Assembly (NCBI GenBank): GCA_965205265.1
Contig: CBDBGH010000003.1
Location: 3,744,001-3,808,000, forward strand
Length of the DNA stretch: 64,000 nt
Direction: 5' to 3'
Source: Alphaproteobacteria bacterium
Lineage (GTDB): Bacteria > Pseudomonadota > Alphaproteobacteria > Bin95
Below, one piece after another: positions 44,371 through 54,300 of the stretch; position 1 is the first letter of the stretch; the number at the start of each line of letters is the position of its first letter. The notes beneath the pieces are model-generated. The model did no database searches and was not told where the DNA came from. It saw nothing but the letters and a program-made list of their open reading frames with translations. Position numbers and translations under genes: made by a program.

Positions 44371-46310
44371 ACTGTAGCCAATGCTGTTTCGGAGAGCAAC
44401 TACAGCCTCACACAGGCTTCCCAGTGCAGTTAGTCCACTGTAGCCAATGCTGTTTCGGAGAGCAACTACAGCAGGGACATTGCCAAGCTGTTCGGCATAG
44501 CGACTGTAGCCAATGCTGTTTCGGAGAGCAACTACAGCCACGGCAATGCGCGTATCCGTGGACGTGCGACTGTAGCCAATGCTGTTTCGGAGAGCAACTA
44601 CAGCTCGTAGTAGTAGCAGTTCATTGACTTTCCTACTGTAGCCAATGCTGTTTCGGAGAGCAACTACAGCGGGGGTGCATTGGGGTCTACCCTCATCTTT
44701 ACTGTAGCCAATGCTGTTTCGGAGAGCAACTACAGCCCCTGGAGAAGGCGACCGGGTCATCTTCACACTGTAGCCAATGCTGTTTCGGAGAGCAACTACA
44801 GCAAAGCCTACGTAAGCGCCGTTGATGACGGCACTGTAGCCAATGCTGTTTCGGAGAGCAACTACAGCTACGGCAATGCGTTTGTCCACGACGATGCGAC
44901 TGTAGCCAATGCTGTTTCGGAGAGCAACTACAGCTAACGCACGCGTCTACGGATGTGCGCGGGTACTGTAGCCAATGCTGTTTCGGAGAGCAACTACAGC
45001 GCGATGAGCCGGGACCTTGCCGCGACCATCACTGTAGCCAATGCTGTTTCGGAGAGCAACTACAGCGCGTACCATGTGTCAGGATATGCCGGTGCGACTG
45101 TAGCCAATGCTGTTTCGGAGAGCAACTACAGCGCTGTTCCTTCCTTCGAGCAGATTGTCGACACTGTAGCCAATGCTGTTTCGGAGAGCAACTACAGCGA
45201 ACTCACTACCAAGCCCGCGGCGTCGATGACTGTAGCCAATGCTGTTTCGGAGAGCAACTACAGCATATACCGGACCGCCACGCTGGTCGAGATAACTGTA
45301 GCCAATGCTGTTTCGGAGAGCAACTACAGCATAGCGGCGTACGAGGTTGCGGGAGGCCTGACTGTAGCCAATGCTGTTTCGGAGAGCAACTACAGCTACG
45401 GTACGGCGCACGTCTACGGCCAGGCGACTGTAGCCAATGCTGTTTCGGAGAGCAACTACAGCCGTCAAAGGTCCCGCGCCCGGAAGCTTCGGACTGTAGC
45501 CAATGCTGTTTCGGAGAGCAACTACAGCCTACCGCCGACATAGGCATCGCCACCGGGAACTGTAGCCAATGCTGTTTCGGAGAGCAACTACAGCACGCCT
45601 ACAGTCGGCGCACCCTCGGCCGGCACTGTAGCCAATGCTGTTTCGGAGAGCAACTACAGCCCGAATGCCGCCGATGTCCGCCGGTGGTGGACTGTAGCCA
45701 ATGCTGTTTCGGAGAGCAACTCCGCCGATGTCCGCCGGTGGTGTAGCCAATGCTGTTTCGGAGGCAACTACAGCATACGAACCACTCGCCGCTCTCGCCG
45801 CAATCGGAGAGCAACTACAGCCATCCTGGCGGATGCACCGCCAACGAGCAATGCGCAACTACAGCTCAGCCATTGCACTGTAGCCAATGCTGTTTCGGAG
45901 AGCAACTACAGCGCGTTGCGCCTCTCGGCCAAGCTCGCCGAGACTGTAGCCAATGCTGTTTCGGAGAGCAACTACAGCATCGGGACTGTCGCGCTATGCG
46001 CTGGAACTGCACTGTAGCCAATGCTGTTTCGGAGAGCAACTACAGCGAGATCCGCTCAAGGGCGCGCTTGTCATGAACTGTAGCCAATGCTGTTTCGGAG
46101 AGCAACTACAGCCTAACCGTATGTCTCAATGCCGCATTCGGTACTGTAGCCAATGCTGTTTCGGAGAGCAACTACAGCATAAGCGCACCCGACGATGTCG
46201 AACGTCTCACTGTAGCCAATGCTGTTTCGGAGAGCAACTACAGCGCGGGCTCTGGTGCGGCGCGGCTTCGCGCGACTGTAGCCAATGCTGTTTCGGAGAG
46301 CAACTACAGC
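44371..46310 (-). CRISPR. CRISPR array: 27 intact 36-bp repeats plus 4 damaged; spacers mostly 30 bp
   Basis: Repeat ACTGTAGCCAATGCTGTTTCGGAGAGCAACTACAGC on + strand, 66-bp period; minus orientation inferred from tracr pairing and similarity to the Neisseria II-C repeat. Confidence 0.98.
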
Positions 46311-46415
46311 TATTACGGCTCGGCGAGCGCGTGCTGGTACTGTTCCAGGAAATGACCTTCATCGTGCTTCGCGCCTCGGGACAAGCGACCGCAAAGGAGC
46401 TGCCGTCCGCACACA

Positions 46416-49367
46416 TTACATCCCGAGGTCCATCTCGATCCGCTTGCCCGTGGCGGGCGGTTCGGGCTCCGGCGCCTTGTCCCTTGCCGGAAACGGCTCG
46501 ATATCCCGCACCGGGGGGTGCGGCGACGACGTCTCGGCACTCACCCGCTCTCTGTCGAGCGACGCCTTCCCGTCCTTTTCCCGCCCGCGTTCGCGTTCCG
46601 GGCGGAGGCTCTCGCCGATGCCTTCGAGGGCCGAGAGGCGCTCGCCGGTGACCGCTTCCAGCCGTTCCTTCAGCGCCTGGGCGTCGTCGGTGACCAGTTC
46701 CGCCCGGTCGCGGGCGCGGGATATCTCGACATAGAACGCCTTGGCGGTGGTCAGGTTGGGGTGGTTCGCCTCCATCGCCGCGATCACGTTGTCGACGGTG
46801 CGGCCCTGGAATGCATGCACGGTCGCGGCCCAGGCATGATCCAGATGGCGCAGCTGGGGATCGCCCGGGGTCAGGGTGAGCCTGCGCCCCTCCTCCAGCA
46901 GGAACGTCACCCGCCCGTTGCGCACGCCGATCACCTCGGCTGTGCCGGAGTTGACCAGTCCCAATCCTCTGTCGTTGCGGGTCCAGCGGATGCGGTCGCC
47001 GGCGCGCAGTTCGACGGTTTCGGCGCGGTAGACCTCGGTCCCGCCCTTGCGTCCGCCGATCTCCGACGGCTTCCAGGCGACCCGGCCGCCGTGGCCGTCG
47101 TCCAGCAGCACCGCGCGGGCCTTGCGATCGACGCCCATGACGCAGCGCTCGTCGCCCTTCTCCACGCCGAGCCGCCTGTAGGGACGGTGGAAGGCGACCA
47201 CGTCGCCGGGGGCATAGTTGGAGGCGAGCGCCTTCTCCGCGTGCGTGTAGTCCTTCGAGACCAGCCGCCGGGTTTGCAGGACCGGCCCCGCGATGCGCCC
47301 CTCGCGGGCGAGGCGTTCGCGGATATGGGCGTTGATGCCCTCGCGCAACTCATGGCTCGGCGCCATCACCCCGGTGCGCTCCCGCTCTTCGGGCGAGAGC
47401 GCGAGCCACCGTGCCGCCACCGCGCCGGCGATGTTGTCGGGCTTCACCTCGGCGACATGGGAGCCGAGCCTGTCGAACGCCGTGGCGATCTCGCCCGCGA
47501 GGCTCGCCTCGACGGCGGCCTTCAGGCCGGGGTCGCGCTGGCGCAGGATCTCGTCCATCACCGCGGTCTTCATGCCCGCCTGCTGCAACTGGGCGAACGG
47601 TTTGCCGGCATCGACGGCGTCGAGCTGCTTCGCATCGCCCACCAGCACCAGCTTCGGGATGCGGATGGCGGCGGCGATCCTGAGCAGGTCGCGGGCCTGG
47701 ACGGTGGAAGCGAGGGAGCCCTCGTCGACCACCAGCACGGTCCTCGCGAAGGCCGCGCGCATGTCCTTCGCGCCCTTCTTCGTCAGCCTGCCCTCGGCGA
47801 CGCCGGCGTTCCTCGCGAGGAACCGCTGGAGGGTCTCGCTCTCGATGCCCGATTCCGCCGCCAGCGTGCGGACCGCCGAGGCCGACGGGGCGAGGCCCGC
47901 CATGCGCCAGCCCTTCTTCTCCGCCAGCGCCCGGGCGCGGTTCAGCATCCGCGTCTTCCCCGTCCCGGCGAACCCCTGCACCCCGACCGTGTGGTCCTTC
48001 TCCGAGAGAATGAGCTTCACCGCCTCCCGCTGCCCGGCCGTGAGCGGTCCCTTCCTGAGATGCCGGTCCACCCTCCAGCCGCGCATCGGCGCACGGCCCC
48101 GGCCCGCGCCGCCGCGCATCAGCGCGATCGTCTCGCGCTCGTCGGCCACCGCCCTGTCGGTGGTGAGGCCGCCGCCTTGCTCAAACGCCGGCGCGTCGTG
48201 CAGCCGGCCCTCGCGCCGGAGCCCGGCGACGGCCCGCTCGATCTCGCCGATGGAGGCCACGCCGGGGTTGTACGCAAGCGCGGCCGCGAGCAGGTCGGTC
48301 CTGGCGAACACCGCATCGCGCTCCGAGAGATGGGCCAGCGCCCAGTCCACCGCTTCCCTCGCAGGGTCCGCCCGCGCCGCGTGCTCGAACAGGTCCGCAT
48401 CTCTCGCCGCGCCGGCTTCCTTCTCCGCACCGCCCAGGCTCCGCGCCGCCGCCTCGGCCACCAGCGCCCCGGCGTCGAAGCCGAGTTCGGCGGCCTGCTT
48501 GGCCCAGGTCTCGCGCAGCGCCTCCCGGTCCACATCGCGCTTCGCCGCCCGCGTCATCAGCGCCGCGCGGCGGGCGGCATGCTGGTTCTCCGCCGTCGAC
48601 CCGAAGCCCCGGCCCGCCATCGCCGCCTCGATCTCGGCCCGGCGCGTCGAGAACGCTTCGATGACCTCGCGGGAAACGCCCGCGATCTCGAAGCGCCCGT
48701 CGGCATGGGTCCGCTCGATGCCGTAGCCGAGCGATGTCAGTTCCCTCGCAAGCTCGCTGCGGTAGAGCGCGCCCAGCAGCATCTTCGAGGCGTACAGGCT
48801 CTCGTTCGCCATGGTGCGCCATTTCCCGTCCGGGCCGAGCAGCATGTTGGCGATCACCGAATGGGTGTGCAGCGCCGGATCGAGGTTCCGGGAAGTCTCG
48901 TGCCTGAACCGGGCGACCACCGTCCTCTGATCGCCGGCCCGGACCATGCGGCCGGTCGACCTGTCCTGCACCCGGGTCTCGGCGGCGTTGCTCTCGAACC
49001 GGTCGAGCGCGCGCCCGACCGCCCGGTCGTGGGCATCCACGATGCGCCCGTCGCCGCCGACCAGAGCCGCGAGGGAGACACTCTTCGGCGCGCTGAAGGT
49101 CAGGTCGCGGCCGGGCCGGTGGACGATCCCGTCCTCGCCCATGCGGCGGCCGAGACGCTTCCCCGAGCCGTCCGGCACCTCACCCTCCAGCACCGCCCTG
49201 AACGCATCGGGATCGACCGGACCGGACAGGCCGAGCGCTTCGGCGCCCCGGCCCGCCCAGGCGCTGGCGGCGCGATGTTCGAGGGAGTCCTTCGCGTAGT
49301 AGCCATCGGCCTCGTAGTAGTGCGCCCCCTGGGACGGGCTCGCGACCGCGCCGATCGAGGCAACCAT
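46416..49367 (-). CDS. MobF (TrwC-like) relaxase-helicase
   Basis: YYEADGYY, DLTFSAPKSVS, HETSR..DPALHTH, GFAGTGKT, VDEGS, ATVHAFQGRT. Confidence 0.95.
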   Translation of the reverse strand: MVASIGAVASPSQGAHYYEADGYYAKDSLEHRAASAWAGRGAEALGLSGPVDPDAFRAVLEGEVPDGSGKRLGRRMGEDGIVHRPGRDLTFSAPKSVSLAALVGGDGRIVDAHDRAVGRALDRFESNAAETRVQDRSTGRMVRAGDQRTVVARFRHETSRNLDPALHTHSVIANMLLGPDGKWRTMANESLYASKMLLGALYRSELARELTSLGYGIERTHADGRFEIAGVSREVIEAFSTRRAEIEAAMAGRGFGSTAENQHAARRAALMTRAAKRDVDREALRETWAKQAAELGFDAGALVAEAAARSLGGAEKEAGAARDADLFEHAARADPAREAVDWALAHLSERDAVFARTDLLAAALAYNPGVASIGEIERAVAGLRREGRLHDAPAFEQGGGLTTDRAVADERETIALMRGGAGRGRAPMRGWRVDRHLRKGPLTAGQREAVKLILSEKDHTVGVQGFAGTGKTRMLNRARALAEKKGWRMAGLAPSASAVRTLAAESGIESETLQRFLARNAGVAEGRLTKKGAKDMRAAFARTVLVVDEGSLASTVQARDLLRIAAAIRIPKLVLVGDAKQLDAVDAGKPFAQLQQAGMKTAVMDEILRQRDPGLKAAVEASLAGEIATAFDRLGSHVAEVKPDNIAGAVAARWLALSPEERERTGVMAPSHELREGINAHIRERLAREGRIAGPVLQTRRLVSKDYTHAEKALASNYAPGDVVAFHRPYRRLGVEKGDERCVMGVDRKARAVLLDDGHGGRVAWKPSEIGGRKGGTEVYRAETVELRAGDRIRWTRNDRGLGLVNSGTAEVIGVRNGRVTFLLEEGRRLTLTPGDPQLRHLDHAWAATVHAFQGRTVDNVIAAMEANHPNLTTAKAFYVEISRARDRAELVTDDAQALKERLEAVTGERLSALEGIGESLRPERERGREKDGKASLDRERVSAETSSPHPPVRDIEPFPARDKAPEPEPPATGKRIEMDLGM

Positions 49368-50098
49368 CAGACCCAGCGCCCGTAGTCGCGCTGGCGACTC
49401 CGGCGCGCATGGCGCGCGGGCTCCGCGTCGGGTTCCGCCCTATTGTCCTTGTCGGAGCCGGGCCCGCTTCGCCTCGTGCCCGCAGGTTCGGCACCCTGAG
49501 AGTCAGGAGGTTCGGGTACGGCCGTGCGATCCGGCGCGGCAGTCGCTGAACACGGTGAAAATCCGGGTCTCGCCGCAACCGGCGTGAACACCGAACTCGT
49601 CGGTGCCGATGCTAACCGGTCCGGCGCATCGCTCCGCGGATCGGGCACCGGCTCGTATGCGGGACGCCGGCCCCGGCGCTCGCACATGGACGGCCAGGCC
49701 AGCACGAGGCACAGCAGCGCGCCGCCGAACCCGGAAAGCGCGCCCAGCATCGCCCCCTTCCAGGCCGCCTCCAGAATGTCCTTCCGCGCCCAGCGCGCCT
49801 CGAAACCATGGGTCAGGCCGAAACGGCTCAGGGACTCGACCGCGCCGTCCGCGTTGCGGTACTCGACCGGCGTATCCCCGTCGAAGCCGACGCCGATCAG
49901 GATGTCGGCGACCGTGATCCTGTATGCCGCATACCAGTCATGCCCGCTGGTGTCGCGCGCGAGCGCGGCCGCGCAGGCGAGGAGCGCCATCGAGACCGCG
50001 CCCAGGGTCCCCGCGACGAACCCCTGCCGCCACAGCCCGGGGTCGATGACGGACCTCCATCCGGTGCGTGAGCGACGATGGGTGCGGCTTCCCGGCAA
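49367..50098 (-). CDS. Membrane protein, possibly N-terminal remnant of a coupling protein (no ATPase domain)
   Basis: Two TM segments, low-complexity tail, stop overlaps relaxase start; start uncertain. Confidence 0.5.
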   Translation of the reverse strand: MPGSRTHRRSRTGWRSVIDPGLWRQGFVAGTLGAVSMALLACAAALARDTSGHDWYAAYRITVADILIGVGFDGDTPVEYRNADGAVESLSRFGLTHGFEARWARKDILEAAWKGAMLGALSGFGGALLCLVLAWPSMCERRGRRPAYEPVPDPRSDAPDRLASAPTSSVFTPVAARPGFSPCSATAAPDRTAVPEPPDSQGAEPAGTRRSGPGSDKDNRAEPDAEPARHARRSRQRDYGRWV

Positions 50099-50487
50099 TA
50101 CGCTCTCCTCGATACGGCATTAGCGGAACCCGTCGGCGCCCCGGGAAGACCAAACGATCGCAGTCGCCCCGGTGAGCCATCGGCATTCCGGCGGCTTCCC
50201 GACAAGAACCTAAGGTGAAATCATGCACACCGCAACATCAATAATGTAGTGAATTCAACAGGTTGAAGACAGGCATGCGCTGACGTGCGCTGATGTGCGC
50301 GTGACTGTGACAGCGGCAGCAGCCCGTTCCGCAAGATCAGCCGGACCGCGGACGAAATCCGCAGCATCGGCGTGTCTCCCAAGCCGGAACCGCAAGTCTT
50401 TGAGTCTTTGACCTGCGCTTCCCGATAGCATAATTTGATTGTCGGGTGGCCCGTTTCTCGGTTCCCGACTGAACAGGAGCCGCCGCC

Positions 50488-50745
50488 ATGGGCAGCAGCA
50501 TCACCGTCCGCGACATCGATCCCGGGGACAAGTCCTGGCTCCGGCGCGAGGCCCGGCAGGTCGGCGTGTCGATGGAAGAGCTGGTCCGTCGCCTGATCCA
50601 CGAGAAGCGCGCGAAGACCGAGCGGCGGCCGAAGCCATCCGAGGCCTTCGCGCGTCATTTCGGGGAAGAGCACGGCGTCGAGCTTCCCGCCCCGGTCCGT
50701 TGCGGCTACAAACCGCTGTCGTTCTCCGGCGAGGGCGAAGAATGA
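50488..50745 (+). CDS. FitA-like RHH antitoxin
   Basis: SITVRDID..LRREA..GVSMEELVRRLI. Confidence 0.85.
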   Translation: MGSSITVRDIDPGDKSWLRREARQVGVSMEELVRRLIHEKRAKTERRPKPSEAFARHFGEEHGVELPAPVRCGYKPLSFSGEGEE

Positions 50746-51191
50746 CCGCCCCGCTCGCGTGGCTGATAGACACGAACGTCGTCTCCGAGATGATGCGCCC
50801 GAGGCCCGAGCCTCGGGTCGCGACCTATCTCGACTCGATTGCAGAGGAAGGTCTCGGGCTCGCGTCAATCACCGTCTGGGAAGTTCTCGATGGCATCGGC
50901 CGACTCGATCCGGGCCGACGCCGGCGCGGTCTCGCCGACCGGTTCCAGGATCTTCTGGACGAGTTGTTCGAGGACCGGATCGTCGAATGGACCCTCGCTG
51001 ATGCGCGGACATGCGCGCGGATCATGGAAGACAAGCGCAGGCGCGGCGAGCCGCTCGACGATCACGTGCCCGACGCCTTACTCGCCGCCGCCGCGGCCAC
51101 GCGCGGGCTTGCCGTGGTCACGCGGAACACCGGCGAGTTCCGCAACACCGGTGTCGAAACCGTCGATCCCTGGGCTGAGGCCCGCACCTGA
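50742..51191 (+). CDS. vapC: PIN-domain toxin (FitB/VapC)
   Basis: LIDTNVVSE, DALLAA, VVTRNTGEF, VDPW. Confidence 0.9.
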   Translation: MTAPLAWLIDTNVVSEMMRPRPEPRVATYLDSIAEEGLGLASITVWEVLDGIGRLDPGRRRRGLADRFQDLLDELFEDRIVEWTLADARTCARIMEDKRRRGEPLDDHVPDALLAAAAATRGLAVVTRNTGEFRNTGVETVDPWAEART

Positions 51192-51317
51192 CATGCCACA
51201 CCCTTGCCCGACCCTGTGGCCCATGCCCAACGGCCTTCGTCCGCAATCAGCGGGCGGGCGGTCTCCGAACCGGCATGCACATTCCGCGCTTCACTTTTGT
51301 CGGTTCGGGTTTCCGCG

Positions 51318-54300
51318 ATGAATCCTCTGGATCGCCTTCTCGAGGCCTACCGGGCCGCCGCCATCAGCGAACGCGACAAGGGCACCGCGTTCGAAAAGCT
51401 GGTCGCGGCCTGGCTGGTCACCGACCCGGTGCAGGCGAGGCGCTTCGAACGGGTGGACTCCTGGTCCGAATGGGCGCGCCGTCGGGAAGAGGACCGCAGC
51501 GACACGGGGATCGATCTGGTCGCGACACGGCATGACGGCGGTCTTGCGGCAATCCAGTGCAAGTTCTTCGCTTCGGACCGGCGGATCCGGAAGGACGACA
51601 TCGACAGCTTCATCTCGGCATCCGCGAAATCCCCGTTCGCGGAGCGGACGATCGTCGAGACCACCGACGTGGCTTGGAGTCCGAACGCCGAGACGATGCT
51701 GCGCGGCCAGACGATCCCGACCACCCGGATCGGGCTGCGCGATCTTCGGGACAGCGAGGTGGACTGGTCGGCGTTTGCGGCGACCGGGGAGATTGCGCGG
51801 CCCGAGCCGAAGGCCTTGCGTCCGGACCAGGTCGAGGCGCTGGAGGCGGTGCGGGACGGGCTGGACGGGGCCGACCGGGGCAAGCTGATCATGGCCTGCG
51901 GTACGGGAAAGACCCTGACCGGGCTGCGGATTGCCGAGGACACAGCGGGCTCCGGCGGCCATGTGCTGCTTCTGGTGCCCTCGCTGGCGCTGATGGCGCA
52001 GACGGTGCGCGAATGGTGCGCCGATGCGGTTCTGCCGTTGACGGCTTTCGCCGTCTGTTCCGATGCTCAAGTGGGCAAGCGGCGGCGCAGCGCGAATGAT
52101 GTTGCCGAGCTTGAAGTGAGCGATCTCGCCCTTCCGGCGACGACGGATGCGGGATTGCTGGCGCGGGCGGCCGCCGCATCGGACGACGGCGCGATGCGGG
52201 TCGTCTTCGCGACCTACCAGTCGATATCGGTCATTGCTGCCGCACAGGCGAAGCACGGTCTTCCGGAGTTCGACCTGATCGTCTGCGACGAGGCCCACCG
52301 CACGACGGGGGTGACGTTTGCCGGCGAGGACGAGTCGAATTTCGTGAAGGTGCATGACAACGAGGTGATCCGGGGCCGCAAGCGGCTCTACATGACGGCG
52401 ACGCCGCGCATCTACGGCGAAAACGCGAAATCGAAGGCGCGCGATGCGGAGGCCGTTCTCGCCTCGATGGACGATCCGGACCTCTACGGGGAGGTGCTGT
52501 TTCATCACGGGTTCGCCCGGGCGGTCGAGAGCGGCATCCTGACCGACTACCGCGTGATCGTTCTGGTCATGGACGAGGGGCAGGTCAGCGCCGCGGTGCA
52601 GAAGCGCCTCGCCGACGAGAACACCGAGCTTGTGCTCGACGATGCGACGAAGATCGTCGGTTGCTGGAAGGCGCTGTCCAAAACGGGGCTCGCGGGAACG
52701 GCCGCGGACGATCCCGAACCGATGCGCCGCGCCCTTGCATTCTGCCGGAGCATCAACAGCTCGAAGCTCGTTCGAAACGAGTTCGAGCAGGTGGTCGTCG
52801 AGTTCCAGGCCGAGATTGGCGACGACGAAGGAAACGGCGTCTTCTGCGAAGTCCGTCATGTGGACGGCACCTACAACGCCCGCGAGCGGGGTCAGCGGCT
52901 CGACTGGCTCAAGGAAGACGCGGGCGCCAATGTCTGCCGGATTCTGAGCAACGCGCGATGCCTCACCGAGGGCGTCGACGTGCCGGCCCTCGACGCGATC
53001 CTGTTCCTGCATCCACGCAACAGCCAGATCGACGTCGTGCAGGCGGTGGGCCGGGTAATGCGTCAGGCGCCTGGCAAACGGATGGGGTACGTCATTCTTC
53101 CGGTCGGCGTACCGCCGGGCGTTCCCGCGGATGTGGCGCTCGGCGACAACGAGAAGTACCGGGTGGTCTGGCAGATTCTGAACGCGCTCCGCGCCCATGA
53201 CGAAGGGCTGGGTGCGGTGATCAACCAGGGCGGTCTCGGACAGGATGTCAGCGGCCGCATCGCGATCGTCGACGGCCGGTCTCCGCGTGCCGGTGCCGAA
53301 CTCGCTGCGGTCACGGCGACGGTAGATGACCTGCCGAGGCGCCCCGCGCCGCCCAGGCCGGGTATAGGACGAGGAGGGTCGGGCGACTCCGAAGGCAGGG
53401 GCGGGCCGCAGGAGCCTCTGCCATTGGTGATTGACGAGTTCTCGCGCGCCGTGATGGCGAAGATCGTCGAGAAGTGCGGTACGCGCGACTACTGGGAAGA
53501 CTGGGCGAAAGATGTCGCCGAGATTGCGGAACGCCACGTCACGCGCATATCCAGCCTTGTGCAGCAACCCGAAAGCGACGCCCGGTCGTTCTTCCAGGAT
53601 TTCCTTCTGGAGCTCCGCGACGATCTCAACGAGTCGATCACGGAACACGACGCCATCGAGATGCTGGCGCAGCATCTGATCACGCGGCCCGTGTTCGACG
53701 CGCTGTTCGAGGGGTCTCCCTTTGTCGACAGGAACCCGGTCTCGGCCGCGATGACGGAGGTCCTGTCCGTGATCGACGAGGTGCAGATCAAGCGCGAAGC
53801 GAAGGCGCTTGAAGGCTTCTACGCCTCGGTGCGCCGGCGGGCGGCGGGGATCACCGATCCGCAGGCGCGGCAGAAGCTGATCGTGGAACTCTACGACAAG
53901 TTCTTCCGAAGCGCGTTTCCGCGCACGACGCAGATGCTCGGCATCGTCTACACGCCGGTCGAGATCGTGGACTTCATCATCCGCTCGGTGAACGAGGCCT
54001 TGCAGGAGGAGTTCGGCCAGACGATCGGCTCCGAAGGCGTCCACATCATCGACCCCTTCGTCGGAACCGGCACCTTCATCACCCGGCTGCTGCAATCGGG
54101 GCTGATCGCGCCCGAAGACCTGGAGCGCAAGTACCGCGGGGAAATCCACGCAAACGACATCGTGCTTCTCGCCTACTACATTGCCGCCATCAACATCGAG
54201 TCCGTTTTCTTCCATTCGGTCGCGAACCGCGACGACTACCTGCCCTATGCCGGCATCTGCCTGACCGATACCTTCGCCCTGCACGAAGGCGACGACGAGC

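Noticed and set aside
44371-46310. Self-targeting spacers within the window
   Set aside because: No match noticed by eye; needs a computed search
46339-46375. Degenerate terminal CRISPR repeat
   Set aside because: Only ACTGT matches
44343-46416. ORFs with repeating TVANAVSESNYS / CSQCCFGEQLQ peptides
   Set aside because: Artefacts of the 66-bp CRISPR period
50221-50226. Additional TCATGC hexamer inside the element
   Set aside because: A 6-mer is expected by chance; no gene break associated
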